Below, piece after piece: positions 24,675-25,897 of a stretch of 25,897 nucleotides of DNA (positions within the stretch are counted from its first letter, which is position 1; each line of letters opens with the position of its first letter). Source of the DNA: a virus (Duplodnaviria > Caudoviricetes). The stretch spans positions 1 to 25,897 of the IMG/VR virus record IMGVR_UViG_3300020042_001042; one strand, written 5' to 3'. A model generated the notes under the pieces. The model worked only from the letters and a program-made list of their open reading frames with translations. It was not told the origin of the DNA and did no database searches. The position numbers were made by a program, and so were the translations under genes.

Positions 24675-25027
24675 TAGCTAATTTCCTCGTAAGATGCGAC
24701 AGCTTCAAGGTCGCTATTAGCGCTGGCAGTGAGCCGCAATGAGTCCCCTTCCTCAAGATAAATGTATTTGCTCAGCATGTCAAGAGTTGCACCTGCCGGC
24801 ACTGTCATCAGGTATGCAATGCGGTACGCTGTTGAAGAACGAAACACGTCCACATTGACGGTTGCATTGTTAGTGCCGTCCACATTAGAAACCATGAGCG
24901 AATCAACTTTCAGTACCTTGCCACTGGCGGCAGAGTTAGTAATAATTGCCGTGGCGCTCGTGGTGACAACAAGTACTCCGGTCTTACCATAAATTGCAGT
25001 GACGTTGACTATATTAGGCGCTGCCAT
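24674..25027 (-). CDS. Small beta-rich tail-associated hypothetical protein (117 aa)
   Basis: MAAPNIVNV...SNVDG...YLEEGDSL...SYEEIS; GGAG RBS; TAATG overlap with the next gene. Confidence 0.75.
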   Translation of the reverse strand: MAAPNIVNVTAIYGKTGVLVVTTSATAIITNSAASGKVLKVDSLMVSNVDGTNNATVNVDVFRSSTAYRIAYLMTVPAGATLDMLSKYIYLEEGDSLRLTASANSDLEAVASYEEIS

Positions 25028-25029
25028 AA

Positions 25030-25314
25030 TTACTCCGTTTCATTTTGAAATTGTTCATACGCATCGAGGTCTGCTCTCTCGTCTGGCGTCATTTCTTTGG
25101 TTTCCCAGATGTCTTTCACAACGTCTCCGACCCAGCCGTAACTATGGTTGCCCGTGGCGACTTGGTATCTAGGGACAGCGTTTTTAGCTACACGCTCAAA
25201 CAACGCGTAACCGCTCTGAAAAGGGTCTGTTCCAGGAAAAGCTTGCGTGAAGTTTTCAACAAAAACAGGATGACCTACAGGTTGTCCGTTTTCCAGTTTA
25301 ATCATCAGGATCAT
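25030..25314 (-). CDS. Hypothetical protein, possible fibre chaperone (94 aa)
   Basis: ATGA overlap with the upstream Gly-rich gene; C-terminal W...MTPDE pattern. Confidence 0.65.
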   Translation of the reverse strand: MILMIKLENGQPVGHPVFVENFTQAFPGTDPFQSGYALFERVAKNAVPRYQVATGNHSYGWVGDVVKDIWETKEMTPDERADLDAYEQFQNETE

Positions 25315-25897
25315 AGTTGCCCCACATTAGTAGAAGGGAAAGCACGGGTTATTGTAGGGTTTGTGCTCCAGATAATACGGACTGCACCGCCCGCCCCTTC
25401 ACCACCTTGCCCTCTAAAACAAGAATAACTTGGCCCGGATGCTGTATATGCAATACGACTGCCTCCATTAGCACCGCCGCCGCCATACCGCCCGCTTGGG
25501 GGAGAATTTGGGCCACCGCTCGTACCAAAAGAAAAAGCGCCATCAATACCAGATGAGCCGCCGCCGCCGCCTGTAGCATATGAAACGCTGCTAAGAGGTG
25601 TACTCACACCTGCTCCACCTGCTCCAGTAGAACCAATACCAAACAACCCAGTGCCGCCCCCTGCGGCAGCAGCAAAACCAGTATAGTTTTCTACCGCTCC
25701 ACCGCTAATATATACCCCAAACTGACCGCCGCCTCCGCTGCCAGCACCGCCACCGGAGCCAGACGACCCGACACCGCTACCAACTCCAGCACCGCCAGCG
25801 CCAGAATACCCACCAGCGCCTCCACCACTACCTGAGCGCCATACTTTTTCTTGGGGTACGCCAGAACCACCTGCGTAACTCCAATTGCCGCCAGAAC
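25311..25897 (-). CDS. Glycine-rich adhesin-like tail protein, 5' end beyond window
   Basis: The reading frame stays open from 25311 to the window edge (…GGAGGYSGAGGAG…YGGGG…GAVRIIW…RAFPST). The TTG start at 25646 in the track is internal. Confidence 0.8.
   Translation of the reverse strand, partial: SGGNWSYAGGSGVPQEKVWRSGSGGGAGGYSGAGGAGVGSGVGSSGSGGGAGSGGGGQFGVYISGGAVENYTGFAAAAGGGTGLFGIGSTGAGGAGVSTPLSSVSYATGGGGGSSGIDGAFSFGTSGGPNSPPSGRYGGGGANGGSRIAYTASGPSYSCFRGQGGEGAGGAVRIIWSTNPTITRAFPSTNVGQL

Noticed and set aside
6903-25556. Numerous + strand ORFs (e.g. 6903-7424, 14644-15033, 20360-20836, 21789-22295) opposite the structural genes
   Set aside because: They are antisense shadows of Ala/Gly-rich genes (poly-Pro mirrors poly-Gly) and show no recognisable motifs.
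21550-25897. CRISPR-like or tandem-repeat array from recurring CCGCC/CCACC tracts
   Set aside because: These are glycine codons on the minus strand, with no fixed repeat-spacer periodicity.
1-25897. tRNA, rRNA, integrase, transposase, intron or intein
   Set aside because: No intergenic gap shows a cloverleaf and no catalytic motifs for these elements were seen. The polymerase is contiguous and of normal size.

Overview
Fragment of a tailed dsDNA phage genome, probably podovirus-like with ejected internal proteins (inferred from gene order; no tape measure, tail tube or sheath gene is in the window). There are two convergent arms. The + arm (1-6871) holds a tightly coupled DNA base-hypermodification and replication operon: the C-terminal tail of a probable thymidylate-synthase-superfamily hydroxymethylase, an SGNH-like protein, a fold-type-II PLP enzyme, a divergent aGPT-Pplase/amino acid:DNA transferase split by a +1 frameshift, dCMP deaminase and a family B DNA polymerase. 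Small accessory ORFs follow, including an NrdR-like zinc ribbon. The - arm (25897 down to 6941) holds four glycine-rich adhesin-like proteins (two with FN3), a lysis cassette (M15 peptidase, holin-like and other membrane proteins), adaptor, fibre and nozzle genes, and four large putative ejection proteins, ending at a UUCG-loop terminator. The best candidate for an undescribed system is the modification cluster with its extra SGNH-type enzyme. Recurring AxGG motifs in the ejection proteins and the repeat-flanked adhesin array also stand out. All family assignments come from motif recognition by eye; no searches were run.
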